Shown in pieces: positions 10,134-20,152 of a stretch of DNA of 64,000 nucleotides. A program made the translations under genes and the position numbers. The notes under the pieces are model-generated. The model had not been told where the DNA came from. It was given only the letters and a program-made list of their open reading frames with translations, and searched no databases. Where the stretch lies: assembly GCA_965216565.1 (NCBI GenBank), contig OZ244170.1, positions 4,064,001 through 4,128,000 on the forward strand, written 5' to 3'. This DNA is from Bythopirellula sp. Lineage in GTDB: Bacteria > Planctomycetota > Planctomycetia > Pirellulales > Lacipirellulaceae. The first letter of the stretch is position 1; each line of letters opens with the position of its first letter.

Positions 10134-11567
10134 TTAACGAGAGCGGTTGGCCAGAGGGATGAAGGCCAGCATCGAGCTGCCAAGCATTCCCATCAACAAA
10201 CTGCCACCAATCACGATCTTCTTGTTGGGCCAGGCAGGCTTGATGTTAGGCGTCGGCGGCTGCAATACGGTTACGCGAAGATCAGCTCCCCCTTCATTAG
10301 CAACATCCTTCGTCAGTCGCATTTCTGTCAGCTGGACGACGATCGAGCTGTGCAGCACTTCAAGTTGTTCAATCTGTTTTTGAAGATGCAGTTGTTCTAA
10401 ACGTTGGCGGTCGACGATCTTGGCATTGGCGAGTTCTTCTTCGTACAGCTTGCGGAGTCGGTCCTCCTGCATTTGCACAGCGCGTAGTTCTCGATCGAGC
10501 ACTCGCGGGGCTCGGTCAACGAGCGTTTGCAACCGTTGTTTCCAATCGGCAATCTGCTTATTGACCGCTCGCAATTCGGGATGCTTGGCATGGTATTTTT
10601 CAACGAGTTCTTGACGCCGGACTTCGGCTTGAAATAACTCTTGTTGCAAGGCAACAGGTTCTTGCATGCTCCGCATGTCAATCTCATTGAGCATTTGCAA
10701 GGCAGCCCAACCTTGCTCGGAACTGGCGTCATTCGATTCCAACTTCGCCACTGCCTGATCCCCCGAGGGAGCATAGTTGGCAGTCACCACTTGGGCTTCA
10801 GATCTGGAAGAAGCAGAGGCCGGCAAGACAAGTGCTTCGTTCGTGCGAGACATTTCAATATCTAACGTGGCAATGCGATTCTCGAGTCCGATGCGTCGGC
10901 CGCGTACCTCTGTGTAGGCCGTCGCCAAATCTTGCAGCTGTGACTGTTGAAGTGCCCACCCTGCATCGGTACTACCCAGGACGGAACCCGTTTCGACCAA
11001 CTCGCGGAACTCGAGCCGCAATGCTTCCAGTTCACCACGAATGCCTTCTTCAGTTTGCGCTAGCGAATTAAGGGCATCGATCTGACCGCCTTGATCGAGC
11101 TTCAAGAGAAACTCTTGATAGTGCTCGATCAAATGCTCGGTAATTAGCTCACCCTGCACGCGATCGTCCCAGCGGAGAGATACGTTGAGTATCCGTGTGC
11201 CTACGATCGGTTTGACGGTTAGTTCTTCAGAAAGAATTAAGTGTAATTCTTCCGAGGTGAGCGGGCTCGTGGCAGGCCCATTCTGAAAGCTCGAGATAGC
11301 CTGGCTAACAATGTGCCAACTCGACAAGACTTCCGCTTGCGTGGCTGTTAGTTCGGCATCGCGTTGCAATGCCTCTTTCTTCTCCAGGCGTAGCAATCGA
11401 CTACCAGGCTCAAGCAGTAAATTGGCTTGGATTTCGTAGAGTGGCGTTGCTGTTTTGTAATACGCTATTCCTAGGGCCAAACAAGCCAAAAGAATGGCAG
11501 CAATCCAAAACTTTCGTCTCCACAAGCGGAGCAGAAGTTCAATAGGTGTAATATTAAAGTCGTCCAA
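10134..11567 (-). CDS. Polysaccharide co-polymerase / chain-length determinant (Wzz/GumC-like, no kinase domain)
   Basis: N-terminal TM, long coiled coil, KYHAKHPE, and proline-rich PPTPNIKPAWP before a C-terminal TM. TTG start. Confidence 0.85.
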   Translation of the reverse strand: MDDFNITPIELLLRLWRRKFWIAAILLACLALGIAYYKTATPLYEIQANLLLEPGSRLLRLEKKEALQRDAELTATQAEVLSSWHIVSQAISSFQNGPATSPLTSEELHLILSEELTVKPIVGTRILNVSLRWDDRVQGELITEHLIEHYQEFLLKLDQGGQIDALNSLAQTEEGIRGELEALRLEFRELVETGSVLGSTDAGWALQQSQLQDLATAYTEVRGRRIGLENRIATLDIEMSRTNEALVLPASASSRSEAQVVTANYAPSGDQAVAKLESNDASSEQGWAALQMLNEIDMRSMQEPVALQQELFQAEVRRQELVEKYHAKHPELRAVNKQIADWKQRLQTLVDRAPRVLDRELRAVQMQEDRLRKLYEEELANAKIVDRQRLEQLHLQKQIEQLEVLHSSIVVQLTEMRLTKDVANEGGADLRVTVLQPPTPNIKPAWPNKKIVIGGSLLMGMLGSSMLAFIPLANRSR

Positions 11568-11860
11568 AACTACGTGTCCTCAGCGCAAGAGTGGCCATTG
11601 ATTGACAATCAGCGAAGTCAGAATTCTCCCCATGCCAGAGCAGTGCAGTGCTGCTAGTCGGCGGCCGGTTGTAGAGATGGCCTCGAAGCTATGCTTCGCA
11701 TGATATTCGCTTGGCTTCACATGATCTTCACACCCCAGATTATCCCAGCCCAACTGTTTGTCAAACTAATTGCCAATCGGCAACGCGTCGTCTTTTATGT
11801 GTGTCATCAAGGACGGGAGATCGTCGCCGGCCGAGAGTGTGATCGGAAGGCACTGATGTT

Positions 11861-11920
11861 CAGATAACTGTAGCGATTTTCAATTAACTGTAGCGGATGT
11901 CACTTAAGTGTAGCGGTCAG
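11861..11920. repeat. Three 20-bp-period direct repeats, consensus CA-N2-TAA(C/G)TGTAGCG
   Basis: cagataactgtagcgatttt / caattaactgtagcggatgt / cacttaagtgtagcggtcag in the divergent intergenic region. Confidence 0.85.
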
Positions 11921-11935
11921 GGCAATTGCCCTGAC
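11916..11935. promoter_or_regulatory. Perfect 20-bp palindrome, candidate operator or hairpin
   Basis: GTCAGGGCAATTGCCCTGAC equals its own reverse complement and directly follows the phased repeats. Its function is inferred. Confidence 0.55.
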
Positions 11936-12232
11936 TCCTGATGCTGATATTAAAAGTAAAAAAAGCGCAGCGATTCTTTCAACGGGCCACGACAACGCCG
12001 CTTATTGGACAGTGACGTCGCAATCAATTGGCTAAGACTGCCGCTTTGTCATTTCGCAGAAGCGTATGCGGAGCAAACACTCTCAGCGACGTACTTGGCC
12101 TTGGATATGTGCGAAGTAGTTTTGCAAAGTTCTGAACATTGCTCACAGTCGCAATTACAATGGAAGGGCGCTTAATGCAAGCTACAAGTGCTCTCAATCT
12201 TTACTCGCACTGCCTGTCCGAAGGCTATTACG

Positions 12233-13264
12233 ATGCCAAGTTGGTTTAGTCCCTATTCCGTATATGCCAGAATGCCGCGCGACTATTGGCATGTTCGCGA
12301 ACCGACCGGTAAGCACATCGAGGTCAACTCGCTAGGCGGATATCCCATCGATATGCGCGGCAAGGCAGAGCCCTACTCGGGTGAGTCGAAAGACGGCTTT
12401 CCTCTGCGTGATCAGAATCGGGAAGGCCTACAACTGCTGCCAGTGACCGTCACGCAAATGGCCCTGGGTCACTACGATTGTTGGCTTGAAGATCAATCGG
12501 AGGAACGTGTCGATACGATTCGGCGTTGTGCCGAATGGCTTTGTGAACATCATGGTTCTTGCCCGGCGAAGCTAGACGGTTGGTCGTACCATTTCGATCA
12601 TGGACGGCTGGGGATTCGAGCACCGTTCATCTCTGCCATGGGCCAAGGCCAGGGCATTTCCTTGTTGGTCCGTGCGCACAAGATAATTGGTGACGACCGT
12701 TATTTAGAGACGTGTCACCAAGCGATGAAGCCTTTCTATGAAGGCTTAGCGGATGGCGGTGTGACAGCGTATTTGCCTGACAATGGAATCTATTTCGAGG
12801 AATATCCTTGCCAACCGTACAGTCATATTCTTAATGGGCACATGTTCGCCCTATGGGGTGTCCACGACTACGGCATCTATTTGGATGACGATAAAGCCCT
12901 GCAGCTGGCCCAAGCGGGTGCGGATACTCTCGCTAAGCTCCTGCCGCGTTACGACATTGGTTATTGGTCTCGCTATGGGCTGTTCCCTCATCCCACTCCG
13001 AACGTCGCTAGCCCCTTCTATCACGAGCTACACATCGCTCAGCTGCGCGCGATGCATCTCATGTATCGGCATCAAGTGTATGCCGACTTCGCCGACCGTT
13101 GGGAACGGCAATTCACAAGTTGGATCAATTTCACTCGGGCTGTATATGCCAAGGTGCGTATCAAGAAGTGGGTTAAGGCAACCAAGCAACAACTGGCAGC
13201 CCAAGGTATCGAGGTAGATGCTGCCACTGACATTTGGACAGGAAGTAAACAGATAGGCACGTGA
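12233..13264 (+). CDS. D-glucuronyl C5-epimerase family protein
   Basis: ISAMGQGQGIS, YFEEYP, HILNGHMFALWG, WSRY, ASPFYHELHIAQL match the C5-epim_C signature. Start is ATG 12233 or GTG 12188. Confidence 0.88.
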   Translation: MPSWFSPYSVYARMPRDYWHVREPTGKHIEVNSLGGYPIDMRGKAEPYSGESKDGFPLRDQNREGLQLLPVTVTQMALGHYDCWLEDQSEERVDTIRRCAEWLCEHHGSCPAKLDGWSYHFDHGRLGIRAPFISAMGQGQGISLLVRAHKIIGDDRYLETCHQAMKPFYEGLADGGVTAYLPDNGIYFEEYPCQPYSHILNGHMFALWGVHDYGIYLDDDKALQLAQAGADTLAKLLPRYDIGYWSRYGLFPHPTPNVASPFYHELHIAQLRAMHLMYRHQVYADFADRWERQFTSWINFTRAVYAKVRIKKWVKATKQQLAAQGIEVDAATDIWTGSKQIGT

Positions 13265-13337
13265 AGAATGCTAAAGAGATAGGTCCCAATAGCTGGCAAC
13301 GACGATAACACTTCTTTGACTAACCAGATCGCTCTTT

Positions 13338-14378
13338 ATGAAACGTATATTACTAACAGGTGCTGCTGGCTTCATCGGTTTCCATGTTGCCAAAGAGTTT
13401 CTGGCCCGCGGCGATGCCGTTGTGGGTGTGGATAATCTCAACGAATACTATGAAGTTGAACTGAAGCACGCGCGACTACGAGTCTTGGACGAGTATCCTA
13501 ACTTCGATTTCTATCGACTCGACCTCGCCGAACGGGAACATACCCAGGAACTCATCGAGAGCCAATCCTGGGACGCAATCGTTCATTTGGCAGCACAGGT
13601 GGGGGTGCGTTACTCGGTAGAAAACCCAATGGCGTATGTCGATAGCAACTTGTTGGGTTTCATGCATGTGCTGGACGGTGCTCACAAGGCAGGGGTTGAT
13701 CATTTCGTCTACGCATCATCAAGTTCGGTTTACGGGGCCAATCGCAAGATGCCGTTTTCGGTGAACGACAATGTCGATCACCCGATCAGCCTTTACGCAG
13801 CAACAAAGCGCGCCAACGAATTGTTGGCCCATTCGTATAGCGACATTGCTGGGTTACCAACTACCGGTCTGCGATTCTTTACGGTCTATGGTCCCTGGGG
13901 ACGACCTGATATGGCTGTCTTCAAGTTTGCGCGCCTGATCATGGCTGGCGAGCCGATCCCCGTGTTTAATCGTGGCAAGATGAAACGCGACTTCACGTTC
14001 GTCGACGATGTAGCCAATTCGATTGTCCGGCTAACCGATCGGCCACCCAGCAAGAATCCCATGTGGATGCCAGATTCCCAGGATCCCAGCCAGAGCCGCG
14101 CACCGTTCCGGACCTACAACATTGGTAATCATACGCCGGTGGAACTAGACCATCTGATCCATGTCTTGGAAGAGGCACTCGGTGTTAAGGCGAAACGCGA
14201 ACTACTTCCTATGCAGCCAGGCGACGTCCACATGACCTACGCGGATGTGACAACGCTAATCGAGGACGTCGACTTCCAGCCTTCCACCAGTATCGAAGAT
14301 GGCATCGCCCAGTTTGTCGAGTGGTACCGCAGCTATCATGGTGCCCAAGAAGAAAGCGCCATCTACACCGATACGTAG
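13338..14378 (+). CDS. NAD-dependent epimerase, probable UDP-glucuronate 4-epimerase
   Basis: TGAAGFIG, YASSSSVYG, YAATKRANE, LRFFTVYGPWGRPDMA, PMQPGDV motifs. Confidence 0.92.
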   Translation: MKRILLTGAAGFIGFHVAKEFLARGDAVVGVDNLNEYYEVELKHARLRVLDEYPNFDFYRLDLAEREHTQELIESQSWDAIVHLAAQVGVRYSVENPMAYVDSNLLGFMHVLDGAHKAGVDHFVYASSSSVYGANRKMPFSVNDNVDHPISLYAATKRANELLAHSYSDIAGLPTTGLRFFTVYGPWGRPDMAVFKFARLIMAGEPIPVFNRGKMKRDFTFVDDVANSIVRLTDRPPSKNPMWMPDSQDPSQSRAPFRTYNIGNHTPVELDHLIHVLEEALGVKAKRELLPMQPGDVHMTYADVTTLIEDVDFQPSTSIEDGIAQFVEWYRSYHGAQEESAIYTDT

Positions 14379-14490
14379 GCCTATTGCAACGTTAGGGGTC
14401 GGAGTTTCTGGGCTTACGCAATCGGATGGTAGGTGCGATGCGAGTCGGTCCTAAATTAGGACTAGTCGTCTGCGGTGATAGCTGGGTTCC

Positions 14491-16050
14491 TCAAGAAGTG
14501 AAAGACTTCCTAATCTTCTTGGCTTGTTTACTGATCTTCATAACTTCGTCCGAGTCTTTCCTTTCCAGATTCTTCAATTGCAGCCCCATGCGATTATTGC
14601 TTTGCAACGTTTTGTTATGTCGATCCAAAAAGTCCCAGTAGAGAGTTGTGAAGGGGCAAGCATCATCGCCTGTGGCTTCGGCGGGATTGAATCGGCAGCC
14701 GGTGCAGTAGTTGCTCATTCGCTGAATGTACTTTCCCGAAGCCACGTAAGGCTTGCTGGCCATCACACCGCCATCAGCGAATTGAGACATACCTAGCGTG
14801 TTTGGCAACTCGACCCACTCGACGGCATCGACATAAACTGCCAAATACCACTCGTGTATCGCTTTCGGATCGACGCCTAGCATCAAAGCGAATAGGCCAG
14901 TGACCATCAACCGTTGAATATGATGGGCATAACCATAGTCGAGAGTCTGCCCGATCGCTTGGCTTAAGCAATTCATTTCAGTGTCGCCGGTCCAATAGAA
15001 ATCCGGCAAAGGCTGGTTCGCTTTTAATGCGTTTCGCTGCAGGTAGTCGGGCATATAGAGCCAGTAGATGCCCCTGACGTATTCCCTCCATCCCAGAATC
15101 TGTCGGACAAAGCCTTCAACACTGTTGAGAGGTGCCTTGCCAGCTCGAAAAGCTACAACGGCTTCGTCAATCACTTCACGCGGACTGATCAACTTGAGAT
15201 TCATCGCAGCCGAGAGTCGCGAATGATACAGGTAAGGCTCATTGGTCCACATCGCATCCTGGTAGTTTCCGAAGTTGGCAAGTCGATGTTCAATGAAATC
15301 ATCGAGAGCTTGTCGAGCCTGCTTGGGCGTCACTGCCCAATCAAAGTGATCGAGACTGCCGGGGTGTTGTGCAAACTTTTCGTGGACCAGATCGAGGACT
15401 TCCTTAGTCGTCCCATCAGGGCTAAATCCCTTGGAGTCAGGTACAGCTTCGGGCCCTTGTTTTCCGAAAGAGCCCCGATTCTGTGGATCATAATTCCACT
15501 TGCCTCCCTCCGGATCTCCTCCATCCATCAGAATGTCGTGTTTCCGTCGAAGTTCTCGATAGAAATATTCCAGTCGTAGTTGCTTACGACCCGCGGCATG
15601 TTCGGCAAAGTCATCGATCGTACTCATGAAATGACGGTCAATGCGAATCTCTAGTTCAACATCAAGCCTTTGAGCACTGTCCAATAGCATTTCGCGAACA
15701 CGCCACTCCCCAGGTTCGACAACAATGAGCTTCTGGGGATTGAATTGTTGGATAGCCGACTCCAGCTCGGCGTCTAAACTCCCCTTATTTTCTGCGTCGT
15801 CTAGCTGGCGATAGGAGATGCGAAATTTTTTCCGGGCCAAGCTCTTGCGGAAATGTCGCATACTCGCAAGGAATATGGCAATGCGTGCTTTGTGCGTCCA
15901 GACGTGTGTCGACTCTTCAGCGACTTCAGCCATCCAGACGACATCTTGCTCGCGATCGAAATCATCGAACGCGCTAGAGTCTATGTCGAGCTGATCGCCG
16001 AGTACGATCACCAGATGCCGACAATTTTGAGTTGACTCTTTGTCACTCAC
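14491..16050 (-). CDS. phrB: FeS-BCP cryptochrome/(6-4) photolyase (PhrB/CryB type)
   Basis: LGDQL, GWREYVR, HHIQRLMV, DAVEWVELPN, KPY and the C-terminal Cys set MSNYCTGC...ACPF. Confidence 0.92.
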   Translation of the reverse strand: MSDKESTQNCRHLVIVLGDQLDIDSSAFDDFDREQDVVWMAEVAEESTHVWTHKARIAIFLASMRHFRKSLARKKFRISYRQLDDAENKGSLDAELESAIQQFNPQKLIVVEPGEWRVREMLLDSAQRLDVELEIRIDRHFMSTIDDFAEHAAGRKQLRLEYFYRELRRKHDILMDGGDPEGGKWNYDPQNRGSFGKQGPEAVPDSKGFSPDGTTKEVLDLVHEKFAQHPGSLDHFDWAVTPKQARQALDDFIEHRLANFGNYQDAMWTNEPYLYHSRLSAAMNLKLISPREVIDEAVVAFRAGKAPLNSVEGFVRQILGWREYVRGIYWLYMPDYLQRNALKANQPLPDFYWTGDTEMNCLSQAIGQTLDYGYAHHIQRLMVTGLFALMLGVDPKAIHEWYLAVYVDAVEWVELPNTLGMSQFADGGVMASKPYVASGKYIQRMSNYCTGCRFNPAEATGDDACPFTTLYWDFLDRHNKTLQSNNRMGLQLKNLERKDSDEVMKISKQAKKIRKSFTS

Positions 16051-16086
16051 AGGATTTTGGCCCTTTCAGGTTGCAGGTGGCTTCAT

Positions 16087-16491
16087 CTACGAGGCTTGTA
16101 GCCATCGACCGACGTAGTAACCGACGCAACTGATTGTCGCGGTGAAAAAAGTTCCCCAAGCAAGATCGATCAGGGTAATCATCCAGGGCCAATTCTTGAT
16201 TGTTGCATGATTCGTCAAATCGTAGGTAGCGTAGGTGACTAGGCCTAGGAAACCTCCAAGTGCCAGAGCCTTCCACGGAGACCCCGTGGACAAAGCAGGA
16301 GCAATGGCAAACACTACGACCCCCGCTGTAAATATTAGATAGAACGCGACTGCTGCATACCAATTTGGCTGTTCTGCTAATAAATGGCCAAGGTGATTCT
16401 TGTAGAGATTGCGTGCCACGAGCCCTAGCCAGATCGAATCGATTGCCAAGCCAGCGATGATGGTTGCTAGGTAGATTTTAAAGTACACCAT
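16087..16491 (-). CDS. DUF2177 family small membrane protein
   Basis: IDSIWLG, FYLIF, YATYDLTN, DLAWG motifs; four TM segments; ATG at 16491 chosen. Confidence 0.85.
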   Translation of the reverse strand: MVYFKIYLATIIAGLAIDSIWLGLVARNLYKNHLGHLLAEQPNWYAAVAFYLIFTAGVVVFAIAPALSTGSPWKALALGGFLGLVTYATYDLTNHATIKNWPWMITLIDLAWGTFFTATISCVGYYVGRWLQAS

Positions 16492-16802
16492 GCAAATCTT
16501 TCTAAGTGAGAATAACAAACAGACCGGATTAATTTATCTGGTTCGGTGTTATTGAGTACTCTAGGCCAGCAAAGCACTTCGACCACCTGGCCGTGGGAAT
16601 ATTATCAAAGATACTACGATCGTGATGGCATTCCTGATGTTAAGGCTTAGCTGGTTGGAAAGTATGGTGTTACAGGTTCTTTAAGTCGCCTCGCCACTTG
16701 TCATTAAGGGTATCAGGCCTAAAAAATAGAAGTATGGAATGGGCCATTTAGTCCCAGTACTCCTTGATACTACCCGGCTCAATATGGCCAGCGAGGTTGA
16801 CG

Positions 16803-18155
16803 TTGAAAATCGCAGTGATTGGGGCTGGAATCAGCGGGAATCTGGCTGCCCGATTGCTGGCCACGCGACACCAGGTACAGCTTTTCGAGGCCAATGGGTA
16901 CGCAGGCGGGCACACAAACACGGTCGACATTTCCACTCCAGAGGGACATAGAGCCGTCGATACCGGGTTCATGGTCTATAACAACGAGACCTATCCAAAC
17001 TTTTCCCGAATGCTGGCGATGCTTGGTGTCGAATCGCAAGCAACTGAAATGAGCTTCAGCGTTAGTTGCGGTGCGACTGGATTGGAGTACAACGGCACGT
17101 CGCTAAATGGACTCTTTGCTCAGAGAAGTAATTTAGTGAACCCTGGCTTCTATCGCATGCTTTCTGACATCGTGCGGTTTAACCGCAGGGGCGAGAAATT
17201 TGCGAAGGAAGCTGATCCCAATAGCTCGCAAACACTGGGTGAATTCCTCAATCGAAATCGGCTTGGCCAGCAATTCCGTAGGCAGTATTTAGTCCCCATG
17301 CTCGCGGCCATATGGTCTGCAGCGCCGAACACTGTAGAACAACTCCCTGCGTATTTCATCTTGGGATTCATGCATAACCACGGTTTGATGCGACTTCGCA
17401 ATCGACCAAAGTGGAGAACAATTGTCGGCGGTGCGAGACGGTATGTCGAAGCCTTACTCGCCCCAATTGCCAGCAGTGTTCGACTGCGAGCACCCGTTAG
17501 TCGGATCGAGCGCCAAGCAAGAGGCGTTTTGGTCCACCCTGAAAATGCGTCCCCAGAAGAGTACGACGCGGTTGTGCTAGCCACGCATGCCGATCGGTCG
17601 CTTGCCATGCTCGCGGATGCCACGTCTAGCGAACGCGAAGTCCTAGGTGCCCTGCCCTATCAGTCGAATACTGCGGTGCTGCATTCAGATAAAAACCAAC
17701 TGCCACGTAACAAACGGGCCAGGGCCAGCTGGAATTACCGAATACCGGTCGGTAGTACCGTTGCACAGAACAGCGCAAGTGTGACCTACGACCTCAATCG
17801 GTTACAGAATGTGCCAGCGATTGATCCAATACTCGTTACACTCAATCCTGCTGAAACTATCGACCCGAAAGCTATCTACCAGACGATTACCTATCGCCAC
17901 CCGGCTTTTAACCTGCAGTCGGTTGCAGCTCAGCGAAGCTGGAAGGAGATCAATGGGGTGCGGCGTACTTGGTTTTGCGGTGCATATTGGGGTTACGGTT
18001 TCCATGAAGACGGTGTAAACAGCGCACTACGAGTTGCTGGGCAATTCGGCATTTCGCTGGAACATCTCGCCACACCGATCGCCTCTATGCCGTCGCTTAC
18101 TCAGCAGCGCTCTGCATTGGCTACGAGTCCCAGCCCACTTTTAGAGGTCGAGTAA
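16803..18155 (+). CDS. FAD/NAD(P)-binding oxidoreductase (UfaD/RSP_1091-like desaturase)
   Basis: IGAGISG, GGHTNT, VDTGFMVYN..TYP, MSFSV, ASWNY, GAYWGYGFHEDG. TTG at 16803 follows a GAGG RBS. Confidence 0.88.
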   Translation: MKIAVIGAGISGNLAARLLATRHQVQLFEANGYAGGHTNTVDISTPEGHRAVDTGFMVYNNETYPNFSRMLAMLGVESQATEMSFSVSCGATGLEYNGTSLNGLFAQRSNLVNPGFYRMLSDIVRFNRRGEKFAKEADPNSSQTLGEFLNRNRLGQQFRRQYLVPMLAAIWSAAPNTVEQLPAYFILGFMHNHGLMRLRNRPKWRTIVGGARRYVEALLAPIASSVRLRAPVSRIERQARGVLVHPENASPEEYDAVVLATHADRSLAMLADATSSEREVLGALPYQSNTAVLHSDKNQLPRNKRARASWNYRIPVGSTVAQNSASVTYDLNRLQNVPAIDPILVTLNPAETIDPKAIYQTITYRHPAFNLQSVAAQRSWKEINGVRRTWFCGAYWGYGFHEDGVNSALRVAGQFGISLEHLATPIASMPSLTQQRSALATSPSPLLEVE

Positions 18156-18161
18156 GACGCA

Positions 18162-18932
18162 ATGCACAGTTGTCTCTATCGTGGAATGGTGACTCACCGA
18201 CGAAAATCGCCGGTCGAACATGAGTTTAGCTACGGCATGTTTTGGCTCTATGTTGATTTGGATGAATGGGAACAAGATAGAGAAAAGGTACAAGGACTTA
18301 CTGACCGATTCTTCGCCCCCGCCTCGTTTTGCCGTCGCGATCACCTGGGTGAAGAGAGTGCGAAGCTAAGCACGGCTGTTAAAGAGTTTGTCAAAGACGA
18401 AGCGGGCGAAGATCTAGCCGTAGAAACGGTCCGCCTACTGACGCAGCCCCGGTCTTTCGGATTTTACTTTAGCCCCTTGAATCTCTACTTTTGCTTCGCC
18501 CTCGACGGACAACTCGCCGCAGTGGTTGCCGAGGTCAATAATACGCCTTGGGGCGAACAACATTGTTATTTGCTATGGCATGGCAATCGGTTGGCAGACT
18601 CCGAATTTGAGTACCGGCACGACAAAGCATTTCACGTGTCTCCATTCATGGAGATGCATCAACAGTATGCTTGGCGAGTTGGCGTGCCGGGGGACACACT
18701 TGGTGTTCACTTGGCGGTCGAACAAGATAACAAAACGTTCTTTGACGCCGGCATGAAACTTTCTCGTCAGCCACTCACCGGTTGGACACTCGCTGGCAAT
18801 CTAGCCAGAAGCCCAGTGAACGCTATTCGAGTACTGACGGCCATTTACTTTGAAGCCTTTCGACTTTGGATAAAACGATGCCCCTACTATCCCCATCCCA
18901 AAACAAAACCCAATCGCGTGCCGGCAGCGTAG
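18162..18932 (+). CDS. DUF1365 family protein (UfaO/RSP_1090-like)
   Basis: HRR..PV.H.F.Y, LLTQPR..GFYFSP, AEVNNTPWGE.H.Y, KAFHVSPFM, IYFEA..LW.K motifs. Confidence 0.9.
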   Translation: MHSCLYRGMVTHRRKSPVEHEFSYGMFWLYVDLDEWEQDREKVQGLTDRFFAPASFCRRDHLGEESAKLSTAVKEFVKDEAGEDLAVETVRLLTQPRSFGFYFSPLNLYFCFALDGQLAAVVAEVNNTPWGEQHCYLLWHGNRLADSEFEYRHDKAFHVSPFMEMHQQYAWRVGVPGDTLGVHLAVEQDNKTFFDAGMKLSRQPLTGWTLAGNLARSPVNAIRVLTAIYFEAFRLWIKRCPYYPHPKTKPNRVPAA

Positions 18933-20143
18933 AAACCTCCGCCGGAGAGTCTCTAGGTTGGATCGATCGCTACTGTCGCAAACAGGTTCTGAAGCGGCTT
19001 GCACACTTACAGAGTGGGAGCATTGCGTTTTACGAAGAGGAAACACCCCTGGAACTTGGATTGCCATTGTCGTCTAGCGATTTGGGGGCTGACCTTTATG
19101 TGCGCAATCCTCGCTTTTTTCGACGTATCGTAACTGGCGGAACAATCGGCGCAGCCGAGGCTTATATTGACGGTGATTGGGCTGCGGATGACCTGCCATT
19201 CTTGTTGCAAATCTTTGCCGGCGATTTGAAGACGTCGAGTGAGCTCGACAGCCAATGGCGGTACTTAAAACGACCAGCAGAAATCATCTGGACATGGCTC
19301 AGACGAAACACACCGACTGGTAGTCGCAAAAACATTGCCGCTCACTACGATCTCTCAAATGAGTTCTATCGCCTCTGGCTTGACGAAACGATGGCCTATT
19401 CGGGTGGAGTTTTTCCATCCAAGAATGCAACTCTTGCCGAAGCTTCGCGAAACAAGTTTGACCTTATTTGCCAAAAGCTAGACCTTCAGCCAGGAGACCG
19501 TCTCTTAGAAATTGGAACCGGCTGGGGCGGCTTTGCGGTATACGCGGCAGAGAATTACGGTGCCATAGTAACTACGACTACTATCTCTCAGCAGCAGAGG
19601 GAATACTCGCAACAGTTGTTTGAAAACCGAGGACTCCGCGAACGCATAACATTGCTCGACAGGGACTACCGCTCTCTTGAAGGGAATTACGACAAACTAG
19701 CGAGTATTGAGATGATCGAAGCAGTTGGCCACGAGTATCTACCGTCTTACTTTGCCAAATGTGATTCCCTGTTGCGGCCAGGAGGTCGTATGGCGTTGCA
19801 AGCCATCACCATTCCCGAGCAAAGATATGATCGGTACCGTCAGTCCGTAGACTTTATCCAGCGCTATATTTTTCCCGGTGGGGCATTGCCCTCGGTAGAA
19901 GCCATTCAGCAAGCAGTAGGTAAGAACTCTGTGCTCCGGTTGATAGGAATGCAAGACTACTGCTCGCATTATGCTCGCACTCTGAAGTTATGGCGCGAGC
20001 GGTTCTTCGACAATCTGACCGAAGTCCGACAGTTGGGATTCAACGAACGCTTTATTCGCTCCTGGGACTACTACCTGTCCTATTGCATCGCAGGATTCCG
20101 TGAACAGCAAGTCGGCCTCGCACATTTACTCTACGAGAAGTAG
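18878..20143 (+). CDS. cfa: Cyclopropane-fatty-acyl synthase-family SAM methyltransferase (UfaM/Cfa-like)
   Basis: NIAAHYDLSNEFY, LEIGTGWG, SIEMIEAVG, FIQRYIFPGG, WDYYLSYC motifs. Start uncertain; overlaps the DUF1365 3' end. Confidence 0.88.
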   Translation: MPLLSPSQNKTQSRAGSVETSAGESLGWIDRYCRKQVLKRLAHLQSGSIAFYEEETPLELGLPLSSSDLGADLYVRNPRFFRRIVTGGTIGAAEAYIDGDWAADDLPFLLQIFAGDLKTSSELDSQWRYLKRPAEIIWTWLRRNTPTGSRKNIAAHYDLSNEFYRLWLDETMAYSGGVFPSKNATLAEASRNKFDLICQKLDLQPGDRLLEIGTGWGGFAVYAAENYGAIVTTTTISQQQREYSQQLFENRGLRERITLLDRDYRSLEGNYDKLASIEMIEAVGHEYLPSYFAKCDSLLRPGGRMALQAITIPEQRYDRYRQSVDFIQRYIFPGGALPSVEAIQQAVGKNSVLRLIGMQDYCSHYARTLKLWRERFFDNLTEVRQLGFNERFIRSWDYYLSYCIAGFREQQVGLAHLLYEK

Positions 20144-20152
20144 CCGTCTAAC

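Noticed and set aside
11861..11920. Possible mini-CRISPR or iteron array
   Set aside because: The period is only 20 bp, there are no spacer-length unique segments, and no cas or rep gene is nearby. Kept as a regulatory repeat.
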